Part shown: positions 50,082 to 59,475 of the stretch, one piece after another
Numbering within the stretch: position 1 is the stretch's first letter
Layout: each line of letters starts with the position of its first letter
DNA from: Candidatus Multivorans sp.
GTDB taxonomy: Bacteria; Acidobacteriota; Thermoanaerobaculia; Multivoradales; Multivoraceae
Direction of reading: 5' to 3'
Assembly: GCA_965224025.1 (NCBI GenBank)
Contig: OZ245033.1
Location: 3,424,001 to 3,488,000 of the forward strand
Length of the DNA stretch: 64,000 nt
Position numbers and translations under genes: made by a program
The notes under the pieces: model-generated
The model's database searches: none
What the model saw: only the letters and a program-made list of their open reading frames with translations
Told to the model about the DNA's origin: nothing

Positions 50082-50855
50082 GTGCCGAGTCAGGATGCCC
50101 CAACACCTTCCGTCGAATCGGCTCTCAGGCGCCGGGAGCGCCGGGCGGCCGGTCTGAATCGGCCCTGCCTGGTGGCCTCTCTGACCCTCCACCTGGCCGT
50201 TCTTGGAGGACTTCTCTTCGGGCCCAGCCTGTTCGCCGAGCGGACCTACCTGGAGCCTCGCACCGTGGAACTGACCCGGATGCCGACGATTCGGCCGAAG
50301 CCGATTCCGGTGACCCCGGCGCCGGAGGAAGAGCCGCCGCCCGCGCCCGAACCGGAACCCGAGCCGCCGCCCGAGGCGCCGCCGGAGGATGTGCCGGTTC
50401 TCGTCGAGGAGGAGAAGCCCGTCGAGCCGGCGCCCGAGCCGGAACCGCCTCCTCCCCCACCGGAGCCGGAACCGGAGCCTGAACCACGGCCGAAGCTGGA
50501 ACGTCCCTTCCAGCGGACACGCACTGTCGACGACTCGCTGGCCGGGAGCGACGACGCGGAGGCGCCGGTGGTCGGCTACGACGCCGAGGACTTCACCTAC
50601 GCCTACTACACCACGCGCCTGGTCGCCGCTATCAAGGCCCGCTGGACGAGGCCGCCGATCGACGGCGTCGAGGCCCTGGTCCGTTTCCGGATCGCAAGTG
50701 ACGGCACCGTGAGCGAACTCGAACTGATCAAGTCTTCCGGCGTCCCCCGTTTCGACAACGCCGGCCTGCGGGCGATCGAGCTGGCGTCACCGGTGCCGCC
50801 GCTGCCGCGCAGCTTCCGGAAGTCGAGTCTCGGCGTGACGATGAGGATTAGATGA
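50082..50855 (+). CDS. TolA/TonB-family energy transducer
   Basis: SL.LH TM motif; PE-rich linker; C-terminal F.I..DG...SSG...FD..A.RAI. Confidence 0.88.
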   Translation: MPSQDAPTPSVESALRRRERRAAGLNRPCLVASLTLHLAVLGGLLFGPSLFAERTYLEPRTVELTRMPTIRPKPIPVTPAPEEEPPPAPEPEPEPPPEAPPEDVPVLVEEEKPVEPAPEPEPPPPPPEPEPEPEPRPKLERPFQRTRTVDDSLAGSDDAEAPVVGYDAEDFTYAYYTTRLVAAIKARWTRPPIDGVEALVRFRIASDGTVSELELIKSSGVPRFDNAGLRAIELASPVPPLPRSFRKSSLGVTMRIR

Positions 50856-50906
50856 GGCCGCTGCCGCGCAGCTTCCGGAAGTCGAGTCTCGGCGTGACGA
50901 TGAGGA
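50798..50906 (+). repeat. Perfect 50-bp direct repeat (59-bp period)
   Basis: GCCGCTGCCGCGCAGCTTCCGGAAGTCGAGTCTCGGCGTGACGATGAGGA at 50798-50847 and 50857-50906. Confidence 0.95.
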
Positions 50907-50910
50907 AGTG

Positions 50911-52308
50911 GTGATCATGCAGTGCTTCAATGCAACGACTCCGCCGGTTCGGATCGCCTGGGTCGCAGTAGCGGCCCTGCTCTGCGGGGCGCTGCTTCTG
51001 GGCGCGCAGGAGGATCCGGATACGCCGCCTGTCGCCGAGCAACTGCCTTCCGATGTCGAAGTGGTCCTCGACCGCGATGCGGCCGCGCGCCTGAATCTCG
51101 CCGTGCCGCGTTCCGGACGTCCGCCCGGCGCCAGACCGGAGTTCCTGGACGCGATGAGCGAGGTGGAACAGACCCTCCGCGAGGACCTCGCGTTCACGCA
51201 ACTCTTCGATGTACAGGGCCCGGAAGTCCTGTCGACGGTTCCCCTCACCGGCGACCGAGCCGAGGATCTCGAGCAGTACCGCGCCTACGGCAACGAAGTT
51301 GCGCTGCTCACCGAGTTCAAGCTCAGCGGCGAGGAGCTGATCCTTGAGGGACGGGCCTACGACCTGGCCAGCGGGCAGTTCATTCTGGGCAAGCGCTTCA
51401 ACGGGGGAATCGATCTCGCGCGCCGTTTCGCCCATGCGATGTCCGACGAGATCGTCCTCTACTTCACTGGCCGCCGGGGCATCGCAATGACCGCGATTGC
51501 GTTCGTCTCGGACCGCGAGTCCCAGGGAAGCAAGGAGATCTTCCTGATGGACTACGACGGTCACGCACAGCGGCGGATCACGGGGCATCTCTCGACCAGT
51601 CTCTCGCCCGTCTGGGCCCGGGACGGCAGCGGGCTCGTGTACCTCTCCTTCTTCGAGGGACGGCCGGGCGTCTACTGGGCCGACTTGGTTACCGGCAGGA
51701 AGACGGCCATCGTCGCCGAAGAGCAGCCCGCCTACTCGCCCAGCGTGTGTCCGGACGGGGAGTCGGTCCTCTTTGCCCGCCCCCTCCGCACGAACCGCAA
51801 GAACATGGAGATCTTCGTGGTCTCACGGAGCGGCGGGGCGCCCCGTCAACTCACCCGGTCCAGCCGCACCGACACGAATGCGGAGTGCTCGCCCGACGGT
51901 ACACGGATCGCCTTCACTTCGAGCCGCTCCGGCACCCCGCAGATCTACGTGATGGGCATCGATGGCGCCGACCTGCAACGGGTAACGTTCGAAGGCCGCT
52001 ACAACGAGGGGGCATCCTGGCACCCGGACGGCAGCCGGGTCGTCTACTCCCGGCGCGCCGAACGCGGGGATCGCCACGACATCGCGGTGGTCGACCTGGT
52101 GACCGGCCAGGATCAACTCCTGACGACCGGTCCCGGAAGTCACGAGAATCCGTCCTTCTCGCCGAACGGTGAGTGGATCGCCTTCGACTCCCAACGCCGC
52201 GGAGGTCGCCGACATATCTTCATCATGAGCCAGGACGGCCGGTACACGCGCCAGGTGACCACCCGCGGCAACAACTCCCACCCTTCCTGGTCGGACTACT
52301 TCGAGTGA
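50911..52308 (+). CDS. tolB: Tol-Pal beta-propeller protein TolB
   Basis: AH..SDEI, IAFVS, MDYDG and PD40 repeats (SPDG, WHPDG, FSPNG); start could be 50908, 50911 or 50917. Confidence 0.92.
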   Translation: MIMQCFNATTPPVRIAWVAVAALLCGALLLGAQEDPDTPPVAEQLPSDVEVVLDRDAAARLNLAVPRSGRPPGARPEFLDAMSEVEQTLREDLAFTQLFDVQGPEVLSTVPLTGDRAEDLEQYRAYGNEVALLTEFKLSGEELILEGRAYDLASGQFILGKRFNGGIDLARRFAHAMSDEIVLYFTGRRGIAMTAIAFVSDRESQGSKEIFLMDYDGHAQRRITGHLSTSLSPVWARDGSGLVYLSFFEGRPGVYWADLVTGRKTAIVAEEQPAYSPSVCPDGESVLFARPLRTNRKNMEIFVVSRSGGAPRQLTRSSRTDTNAECSPDGTRIAFTSSRSGTPQIYVMGIDGADLQRVTFEGRYNEGASWHPDGSRVVYSRRAERGDRHDIAVVDLVTGQDQLLTTGPGSHENPSFSPNGEWIAFDSQRRGGRRHIFIMSQDGRYTRQVTTRGNNSHPSWSDYFE

Positions 52309-52418
52309 TTCGAAGGTGCCGCTCTCCGAAGCTGCAGGTTGCCGCGCCCGCGTCGCTTTGGTACTGTTTCATTCGCTCTCAACAAACCAAGGTCTCAGGT
52401 TCGAGGAGAAGTTCCGGT

Positions 52419-52997
52419 ATGTTGGCCAGAAGGTTCCCTGCATTCATCCTCTCGGCTCTTGTGCTGCTGGCCGTTGGCGCCTGCAAGAAAGCGGAGCCCG
52501 AGCCCCCAGCGCCTCCTCCGCCTCCGCCAGTGGTCGAGGTGCCCGATCCGCCGGATCCGGTTCCTCCGCCGCCGGCGCCGCCGGTTGAACCCGTATACGA
52601 GAGGCCTTGGTCCGAGGACATCGTGGAGGCGAACCGGGAGGTCCACGAGAAGGGCCTTCTGGGCGATGTCTACTTCGAGTTCGACAAGGCCACACTGACC
52701 GACATGACGCGTTCTCAGCTCGGCAAGAACGCCGACTTCCTCAAGACCAGGGACGGCGAGAACCTCGTGATCACGATCGAGGGCCACTGCGACGAGCGGG
52801 GCACGAACGACTACAACCTCGCCCTCGGCGACCGCAGGTCCAACGCCGCACGGGACTACCTCCTGTCGCTGGGCGTGTCGGGCGATCGTCTCAAGACGAT
52901 CAGCTACGGCGAGGAGCGCCCGCAGTGCGAGGACTCGAACGAGGAATGCTGGCAACTGAACCGCCGCGCCTATTTCCGGGTCACCGACTTCAGTTGA
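52419..52997 (+). CDS. pal: Peptidoglycan-associated lipoprotein
   Basis: Lipobox VGAC; VYFEFDK, IEGHCDERGT..YNLALG.RR, SYGEERP and NRR motifs. Confidence 0.95.
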   Translation: MLARRFPAFILSALVLLAVGACKKAEPEPPAPPPPPPVVEVPDPPDPVPPPPAPPVEPVYERPWSEDIVEANREVHEKGLLGDVYFEFDKATLTDMTRSQLGKNADFLKTRDGENLVITIEGHCDERGTNDYNLALGDRRSNAARDYLLSLGVSGDRLKTISYGEERPQCEDSNEECWQLNRRAYFRVTDFS

Positions 52998-53079
52998 CTC
53001 GGGGCGGCGCGCCTCAGGGGCCGGCCGGTCGCTGCACTCACGTCGCAAGACCCCTCGCCGATCGCCGCGGGTTCTGAGC

Positions 53080-53940
53080 ATGCGGCGGCCGGAAGTTCAA
53101 ACCTCCCGCAACTGCACAGGGCTGGCGCGCTCGCTGGTTGCCGCGGGTTCGGTTCTGGCCCTGCTGGTGCTGGCTTGCACGCCCTCGTCAACGCAGTTGA
53201 CTGAGCTGGAAACCGGTCTCGCCGCCGTGGAACGGCGATTGGACGAACTGAGGTCGCAGACGCCGACGCGCCAGGATCTGGCGACGGTCCTGCGAGCGCT
53301 TGAGAGCCAGACCGACAGCGACGTGACCGCGAACGCGGATGTGAAGGAGGACCTGCGCCAGATCCTCTCCGATCTCGAAGCGCTGCAAACCCTGGTCCAG
53401 GAGCAGCGTCAGATCCTCAACGCTTCGGTGGAACGCCTCGAGCAAACAGGCACGGATGTGGCCCTGATCCAGGGCCGGCTCGAACGCCAGGAGGCGTACC
53501 TTTCGGCCCTCGGTCAGTTGCAGGAAACCAGCCGGCCTGCGCCCGCGGTCGAGACGGTCGATCCGAAGACCATCTACGACACTGCGTACCAGGACTACTC
53601 CGAGGGGAGGTATGAGCCGGCAATCACCGGCTTCCGCCGTTACCTCGACACGTTCCCGGACGGTGCCGATGCGGGCAGCGCCCAGTACTGGCTCGGCGAG
53701 TCCCACCTGGGCCAGGGGCGGTACCGGGCAGCGATCGAAGAGCTGAAGCTGGTCCGGGAACGCTACCCGGAAAGCGACAAGGTCGCGAGTTCCATGCTCC
53801 GGATCGGAGTCGCTCTGAACGAAATGGGCGAGCGCGAGCTCGCAATCGAGATGTTCCTCCAGGTTCGAGCCAGCTATCCCGAAACCGACGAGGCAATCCT
53901 GGCGCTCCAGCAACTCGACAACCTGGGCGCCGAGCAGTAG
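53080..53940 (+). CDS. cpoB: Tol-Pal system protein YbgF/CpoB
   Basis: Coiled coil plus TPRs (Y..AY..Y..G.Y..A, AQYWLGE); directly after pal. Confidence 0.85.
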   Translation: MRRPEVQTSRNCTGLARSLVAAGSVLALLVLACTPSSTQLTELETGLAAVERRLDELRSQTPTRQDLATVLRALESQTDSDVTANADVKEDLRQILSDLEALQTLVQEQRQILNASVERLEQTGTDVALIQGRLERQEAYLSALGQLQETSRPAPAVETVDPKTIYDTAYQDYSEGRYEPAITGFRRYLDTFPDGADAGSAQYWLGESHLGQGRYRAAIEELKLVRERYPESDKVASSMLRIGVALNEMGERELAIEMFLQVRASYPETDEAILALQQLDNLGAEQ

Positions 53941-54012
53941 ACTGCGCCGCCGGCGGCGTCGCGTCACGGGCCGCATGAGATGACCTGCAGGTCAGAGGTG
54001 AGAGAAGACGAT

Positions 54013-54306
54013 ATGGCGAACAGCAAACAGGCAGAGAAGCGCATCCGGCAGTCGCGAGTCCGAAGAGACCGCAACCGCGCCGCGATGTCGAAACTCCGTA
54101 CCTCGGTCAAGGCCCTGCGTACGGCCGCGGACACTGACGTTGAGCGTGCCCGGAAATTGCTTCCCGGCACCTTGAGCCTGATCGACGTCACGGCGCGCAA
54201 GGGCGTGATCCACGCGAACGCCGCCGCCCGCCGTAAGTCGAGACTCACCCGGCTGGTGAACCGCCGCACCAAGGCTTCAGCCGCGCCGGAAGCGGCTGCC
54301 GAGTGA
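54013..54306 (+). CDS. rpsT: 30S ribosomal protein S20
   Basis: MANSKQAEKRIRQ and KGVIH.N.AAR.KSRL motifs. Confidence 0.96.
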   Translation: MANSKQAEKRIRQSRVRRDRNRAAMSKLRTSVKALRTAADTDVERARKLLPGTLSLIDVTARKGVIHANAAARRKSRLTRLVNRRTKASAAPEAAAE

Positions 54307-54344
54307 CCCTGGCGGGGTAGATCCCCCCCTCTCCGGATGGGGCC

Positions 54345-54896
54345 TCAGAAGCCCTCGAGCAGATCCGTCACCATCGTGTCGGCGAACCGCTCCGCACTGT
54401 CTTCGATGGCGATGTTCTCGCGGTCGAAGAAGTCGCTGTCCGCGCTCTCGACCTCGTAGCTCTCCTTGAACTGGTAGCGGTCATTCGCCCAAATCACCTC
54501 CCCTTCTTCTCCGCCGGGTGTCGTGGCGCTGCGGCGGAAGGAGACATCGGCGACGATTGCGAGTTCGTACTCCTGGGCACGACCGTCGTTCGTGAAGGTG
54601 ATGGGCGCGACCCGGAAGGCAGTGACGGCGCCGCGAATGGTGGCGTCCGATTCCGCTTCGGTGGAGACCAGCTCGAACCGGCGCCGGGTCAGGAGTTCGT
54701 CCGCGATCGCCTGCGTCAGGAACTGCTCGACCTCTACTCTGGCCGTCCGATTCTCGAACGGCGCCAAGAACACGAGTCGTACGTCGTCAGGAATGTTGGA
54801 CGCCTTGCCGACGAGCGCGTAGCCGCAACCGGCCAGGATCAGCACCGGCAGCAATGCCGCTGCCTCGCGAAGCCGCTTTGAAGCGGTGCTCTGCAT
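54345..54896 (-). CDS. lptE: LptE-family LPS assembly lipoprotein
   Basis: Lipobox LAGCGY; PFENRT, EY.L.I and C-terminal LEGF. Confidence 0.8.
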   Translation of the reverse strand: MQSTASKRLREAAALLPVLILAGCGYALVGKASNIPDDVRLVFLAPFENRTARVEVEQFLTQAIADELLTRRRFELVSTEAESDATIRGAVTAFRVAPITFTNDGRAQEYELAIVADVSFRRSATTPGGEEGEVIWANDRYQFKESYEVESADSDFFDRENIAIEDSAERFADTMVTDLLEGF

Positions 54897-54956
54897 AAGT
54901 GTCAGCGTAGCAGTCCGTGGCCGAAGTCCCCGGCGCCGGGGCTCTCCAAGGGGACG

Positions 54957-55484
54957 TCAGCGGCGCGGATCCGGATTCAGCGTAGTGCGCAGCGCGTCGA
55001 GGATCCCGTTCACGAAACGGCCCGACTGCTCGGAACCGAACTTCTTGGCCAGTTCGATCGCTTCGTCGATCACGACCACCGGGGGGACGTCGGACTGGAA
55101 GCGCATCTCGTAGACCGCCAGACGCAGGACGTTGCGATCAACCACGGGCATCCTCTCCAGTCGCCAGTTGTCCGCCTGGTCCGCGACCATACGATCGATC
55201 GACTCCTTGTGGGCGAGGCTGCCCTCCACCAGCGTGCGGGCATAGTCGAGCGCCAACTCCGAGGCCTTCGGGCTGGCGCCGGCGTCCGCGGTCTCGGCGC
55301 GGAACGCGTGGATATCGAATGCCCTGAGCAGTTGAGCCGGTTCCGCGTCCCCCAGTTCCCGCTGGTAGAGCATCTGCAGCGCCATTTCCCTGGCCTGGCG
55401 GCGCTTGCCGCCCGCTCGCCGGGGCCGATTGCCACTCGCCGGACGCACGCCTTGCGCCGATGACGCTTCGCCGGCTCTGGTCAC
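54957..55484 (-). CDS. nusB: Transcription antitermination factor NusB
   Basis: RR.ARE.ALQ.LY, W...R...DRN.LR and EAIELAK.FG...FVNGILD motifs. Confidence 0.96.
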   Translation of the reverse strand: MTRAGEASSAQGVRPASGNRPRRAGGKRRQAREMALQMLYQRELGDAEPAQLLRAFDIHAFRAETADAGASPKASELALDYARTLVEGSLAHKESIDRMVADQADNWRLERMPVVDRNVLRLAVYEMRFQSDVPPVVVIDEAIELAKKFGSEQSGRFVNGILDALRTTLNPDPRR

Positions 55485-55939
55485 GTCTTGAGCGACCGCA
55501 GCAGATTCGCCATCTCGAGTGCTGCTTCAGCGGCCTCCTCGCCCTTGTTTCCCGCCCTGCCCCCGGCGCGCGCAGCGGCCTGCTCCGCGTCGTTGCAGGT
55601 GAGAACGCCAAACCCGACGGGGATTCCGGTTCGCGCGGTGACTCCGGCGCATCCTGCCGCGCACTCGTTGCAGATGTACTCGAAGTGCGGCGTCTCACCG
55701 CGGATCACGGCGCCGAGCGCCACCAGCGCGTCGACCCTGCCGCCGGCGGCCAGGGCATCGAGAGCCGCCGGTATCTCCCAGGCGCCGGGAACCCGGACAA
55801 GCAGTAGGTCTTCGGCCCTGGCCCCGTGGTCCAGCAGGACCTTGCGGGCACCCTCGACCAGGCGCTCGACGATGCTGCCGCTAAAGCGCGCCGCCACCAG
55901 GCCGAACCTGACGCCGGCCGCATCGGAGGCGGTCTTCAT
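55481..55939 (-). CDS. ribH: 6,7-dimethyl-8-ribityllumazine synthase
   Basis: VPGAWEIP, GAVIRGETPHF, GVLT and NKG.EAA motifs. Confidence 0.96.
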   Translation of the reverse strand: MKTASDAAGVRFGLVAARFSGSIVERLVEGARKVLLDHGARAEDLLLVRVPGAWEIPAALDALAAGGRVDALVALGAVIRGETPHFEYICNECAAGCAGVTARTGIPVGFGVLTCNDAEQAAARAGGRAGNKGEEAAEAALEMANLLRSLKT

Positions 55940-55989
55940 GTCGGGACTGGGGGCTGGCCGGGCGCTTCGGGGCTGAACGAATCGTCGAA

Positions 55990-56066
55990 TGGTCGGGACG
56001 GCGAGATTCGAACTCGCGACCCCCTGAACCCCATTCAGGTACGCTACCAGACTGCGCCACGTCCCG
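55990..56066 (-). tRNA. tRNA-Pro(GGG)
   Basis: CCTGA-ATGGGGT-TCAGG; CCA end. Confidence 0.96.
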
Positions 56067-56176
56067 ACCGAGGGGCATTCTCTACTCAATCGCGGCGCTT
56101 GGCAACAGGCGCCGCCTGGCAGCTCGTGGTGAAAGTCCGTGTCGAATGCAGCGCGCGACCTTCGCTGAGCGCTCGA

Positions 56177-56713
56177 TCAGTCGTCCTCGATGCCCATATC
56201 AGGCTTGAGCTCGGCCGCAAGGTGGCGCGCCTGCGAAACGAGGGCGGCAACCCCACCCTCGAGCCTCTCGACCCGGCGGGTCAAAGCTCCTATCTCGCCG
56301 ATGTCGGCGCCCTCCATACCTGCCGGAGAGCTGTCCAGAGCATCCTCCGCCTCCGGTTCCTCCACGTCGGCTTCTTCCGTCTCCGAGTCGTCTCCCTGCC
56401 CTTCCTCCGCCGGCGCCTCGCCGCCGTTGGTCCGCGCCTCGGTCACCACCAGGGGGCGGCCGCGGACACCGCCCTCCTCGAGTTCAGCGGCGAGCTTCTT
56501 CTTGGCGCTGGCGATCGTGTAGCCCTCGTCGTACAGAAGCTCCTTGATCCGGCGAATGGTCTCCAGATCTTCGGCGTCATACTCCCGACGGCCGCCCGCG
56601 CCCTTCTGGAGGGCGAGAACCGGAAACTCGGTCTGCCAGTAGCGCAGAAGGTAGGGCTGGATGTCCAGCACCCTGCACACATCGGCGATCTTGTACTGCT
56701 GCTTGGAGGGAAT
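56177..56713 (-). CDS. MerR-family HTH protein (start uncertain, possibly ATT)
   Basis: IPSKQQYKIADVC..LLRYWQTEFP...GGRREY...IKELLYDEGYTI. Confidence 0.85.
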   Translation of the reverse strand: MPSKQQYKIADVCRVLDIQPYLLRYWQTEFPVLALQKGAGGRREYDAEDLETIRRIKELLYDEGYTIASAKKKLAAELEEGGVRGRPLVVTEARTNGGEAPAEEGQGDDSETEEADVEEPEAEDALDSSPAGMEGADIGEIGALTRRVERLEGGVAALVSQARHLAAELKPDMGIEDD

Positions 56714-56852
56714 GACCGGTCTCCCGGCTGGTCCACAGATGATCGGGGCTTGGCCCAGAAACGGCGGCGACCCGGATCTCTGAAGTCAGGGAAACGGGTT
56801 GGAGACTATACGAAATCCTCGAGACTGCGGAGTTGGGGCGCCCGGCCGCCGC

Positions 56853-58175
56853 TCAGCCAGGCGCCGGGTCGACTTCGCCGCGCCGTTCCCTGATCACGAT
56901 GCGAAGCGGAACCCCCTTGAGATCGAATGCTCTTCGAAGCTGGTTTTCGAGGTACTTCCGGTAGGTGTGCCTACGTTTCAGGCGCCGATTCGCGAACAGC
57001 AGAAACGTGGGAGGCGTCCCGTGCACTTGGGCTGCGTAGAAAAGTCGCCACGGTCTGCCCCGTTCCGCGGGCGGCTGGTGACGGGCCACGATGCGGTGCG
57101 TCACCCGGTTCAGTTCGGAGGTCGGCACCCGCAGCCGGTGGCGCTCCCGGACCCGATCGAGAGCGGGGAGGATGCCGCCCACGCCGCGTCCCGTCAACGC
57201 GGAGACGTTGACGCGAGGCGGCTTGGCGAACACCTCCGCCAGGCGCTCCCAGCCCGCTTCGAGCCGCTCCCTACCCTCCGCGTCCAGGAGATCCCACTTG
57301 TTGCAGGCGATGACGCCGGAGCGTCCGGCCTGCCAGGCTGCAGCGGCAATCGCCAGATCACCGGTTGTGATCCCATGGCTCGCGTCGACCACGAGAACCA
57401 CCAGTTCGGCGCGCTCGATCTGTCTCTGGGCGAGCATCACGGCCAGTTCCTCCGGAGCGTCCTGGACCTGGGAACGGCGCCGAATACCGGCCGTATCCAC
57501 GAGGAGGTAGTCCGGGCCTTCCTCCCGTTGCAGCAGGCTGTCGATCGGATCTCTCGTCGTTCCGGCAGTCGGCGACACGAGCGTCCGTTCCGTGCCCAGC
57601 AACCGGTTGATCAACGAGGACTTGCCCACATTCGGTCGGCCGGCGACCGCGACCCCCGACGCTTCGGGCTCGAGCGCCGGCGTCGCATCGGAAAGATGCC
57701 CGGCGACCTCTTCGTGCAGCGAGGCCAGACCCGCGCCATGTTCCGCGGACACGAGAACGAGTCCGTCGGCGCCCAAGGCGTAGAACTCCTGGTATCCCTC
57801 CCGTGCGGCGCGGGTATCCGACTTGTTGACCACGACGACGATCGGCCGGCCGTAACCCCGAAGCCGCGCCATGACCTGCTCGTCGGCTGCCGCCAGCCCT
57901 TCCCTGCCGTCGACAACGAGCAGGAGCACGTCGCTCTCTTCGATCGCGAACTCGACCTGGGCGTTCAATCCCAGGGGATCGTCGCCCGGCGCCAAGCCCC
58001 CGGTGTCGATCAGCTCGACGACACCGCGGCCCTCCAGTTCAAAGCGCCCCACCAGACGGTCCCGCGTCACGCCGGGCGTTCCGTGGACGATCGCCTGCCG
58101 GCGGCCGATCAGCCGGTTGAAGAGGGTCGACTTGCCGACGTTGGGGCGACCGACGATCGCGATCGCGGCTGGCAC
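56853..58175 (-). CDS. der: Ribosome biogenesis GTPase Der (EngA)
   Basis: Two GRPNVGKS G-domains; GVTRD/GTTRD; DTGG/DTAG; C-terminal RKYLENQLR. Confidence 0.96.
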   Translation of the reverse strand: MPAAIAIVGRPNVGKSTLFNRLIGRRQAIVHGTPGVTRDRLVGRFELEGRGVVELIDTGGLAPGDDPLGLNAQVEFAIEESDVLLLVVDGREGLAAADEQVMARLRGYGRPIVVVVNKSDTRAAREGYQEFYALGADGLVLVSAEHGAGLASLHEEVAGHLSDATPALEPEASGVAVAGRPNVGKSSLINRLLGTERTLVSPTAGTTRDPIDSLLQREEGPDYLLVDTAGIRRRSQVQDAPEELAVMLAQRQIERAELVVLVVDASHGITTGDLAIAAAAWQAGRSGVIACNKWDLLDAEGRERLEAGWERLAEVFAKPPRVNVSALTGRGVGGILPALDRVRERHRLRVPTSELNRVTHRIVARHQPPAERGRPWRLFYAAQVHGTPPTFLLFANRRLKRRHTYRKYLENQLRRAFDLKGVPLRIVIRERRGEVDPAPG

Positions 58176-58189
58176 GAGAGGATCCGGCG

Positions 58190-58717
58190 TTATGACTCGA
58201 ACTGATACTCGATCCGGCGGGCGATCACCATCCAACCCTCGTCGCGCCGCTTGAACTGGTAGCGCACACGGTAGCGATCGATAGCCGACGCGAGCACCCG
58301 TTCGGTACCGCTGGCCAGGGACTGGATGTCCCAGACCTCAAGGGTGGTCACGGCCGCGTTGGAGTAGCGCCAGACAGCGATCCGCTCGATCTCGAAGCTC
58401 TTGAGCGTCGGTTGCAGGGTACGGCTCTCCCCCGTTTCCAGTTCGTAGACCCGCCTCCTGACCGTCTCGACCTCCTTCGGCACGGCACCGGAAGCCAGCG
58501 ACTCGAAGTCCCCCGTCGCGTAGGCCGCGCCGAGCTTCGGCAGGTAGTCCGTGAGAACGGCCTCGATCGCCAGCCGATCCTCGTCGTTCGCTCCGTCCTG
58601 CCCGGTGTCGCCGCAACCGGTCAGGCCAGCCGTCCACGCGACCGCGAGCAGCAGTGGAAGCGCGGCGCGCGCGGTCCCGCCGGCGAGAGCCCCACAGCGA
58701 TGAAGTGATCTGCTCAT
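58190..58717 (-). CDS. Hypothetical lipoprotein (NTF2/IMS-like fold possible)
   Basis: Lipobox LTGC; ends with Y.F.R...GW.V. Confidence 0.65.
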   Translation of the reverse strand: MSRSLHRCGALAGGTARAALPLLLAVAWTAGLTGCGDTGQDGANDEDRLAIEAVLTDYLPKLGAAYATGDFESLASGAVPKEVETVRRRVYELETGESRTLQPTLKSFEIERIAVWRYSNAAVTTLEVWDIQSLASGTERVLASAIDRYRVRYQFKRRDEGWMVIARRIEYQFES

Positions 58718-58802
58718 GGAACGAGCCTAACAGCCCGATCGATATGCGGATACAATCCCTCCGGCCTATCGGCCGCCGCGAAAGCGGCGCCGCCGGGCCG
58801 TT

Positions 58803-58889
58803 GCGAAAGTGGCGGAATTGGTAGACGCGCAAGATTCAGGATCTTGTGGTAGCAATACCGTGGGGGTTCGAGTCCCCCCTTTCGCACCA
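58803..58889 (+). tRNA. tRNA-Leu(CAG)
   Basis: CAAGA-TTCAGGA-TCTTG; variable arm; CCA end. Confidence 0.96.
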
Positions 58890-58893
58890 GGCG

Positions 58894-59475
58894 CTAGCAG
58901 CTAGCGATGTAGAAGGCCAGGGCACTGTCCCCGTAGCGCCTCTCGCCAGTGAGCCGGAGTCGGCCCGCACCAGCGGGCGGCCGGCGCCGGCTTGAGTGCT
59001 CCAGCACGACTTCTCCGCCGTCCGCGATCAAGCCGTCAACTGCGGCCAGCAGGTTGTCGAGCCCGAGTGCCTCGTACGGCGGGTCGATGAAGGCCAGTTC
59101 GAAGGCGGCCTCTCCGCCCGTGGCGCCGCCAAGTCGATCGGGGAGCTTGGCTCGGGCCAGACGCAGGCCCTCGGCGCCCAGGCGCTCCCGGTTCCCCTCC
59201 ATGCATTCCAGGGCGCCGCGATCCCGGTCGACGGCGAGGGCCGAACCGGCGCCGCGGGACAACGCCTCCAGCGAGACGCAGCCGGAGCCCGCGTAGAGTT
59301 CCAGGAAGCGGCAGCCGCGGACGCGACCGCCCCAGTGGGAGAACAGCGCCTCGCGCACCCGGGCCTGCGTGGGGCGGATGCCCGCCGGCGTCGCGAGACG
59401 GCGACCCCGCCAGCGGCCGCCCAGCAACTTCACTCCGCCCGAGCGAATCGCCGAACGGCCTCTGCCGGGGCTCAT
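58894..59475 (-). CDS. rsmD: 16S rRNA m2G966 methyltransferase
   Basis: GG.WRGR.L, RPT..RVREALF, LYAGSG..LEALSRGA and DPPY motifs. Confidence 0.92.
   Translation of the reverse strand: MSPGRGRSAIRSGGVKLLGGRWRGRRLATPAGIRPTQARVREALFSHWGGRVRGCRFLELYAGSGCVSLEALSRGAGSALAVDRDRGALECMEGNRERLGAEGLRLARAKLPDRLGGATGGEAAFELAFIDPPYEALGLDNLLAAVDGLIADGGEVVLEHSSRRRPPAGAGRLRLTGERRYGDSALAFYIASC

Noticed and set aside
50310-50490. PE/PP-rich repeats in the TolA/TonB-like gene
   Set aside because: Ordinary linker for this family.
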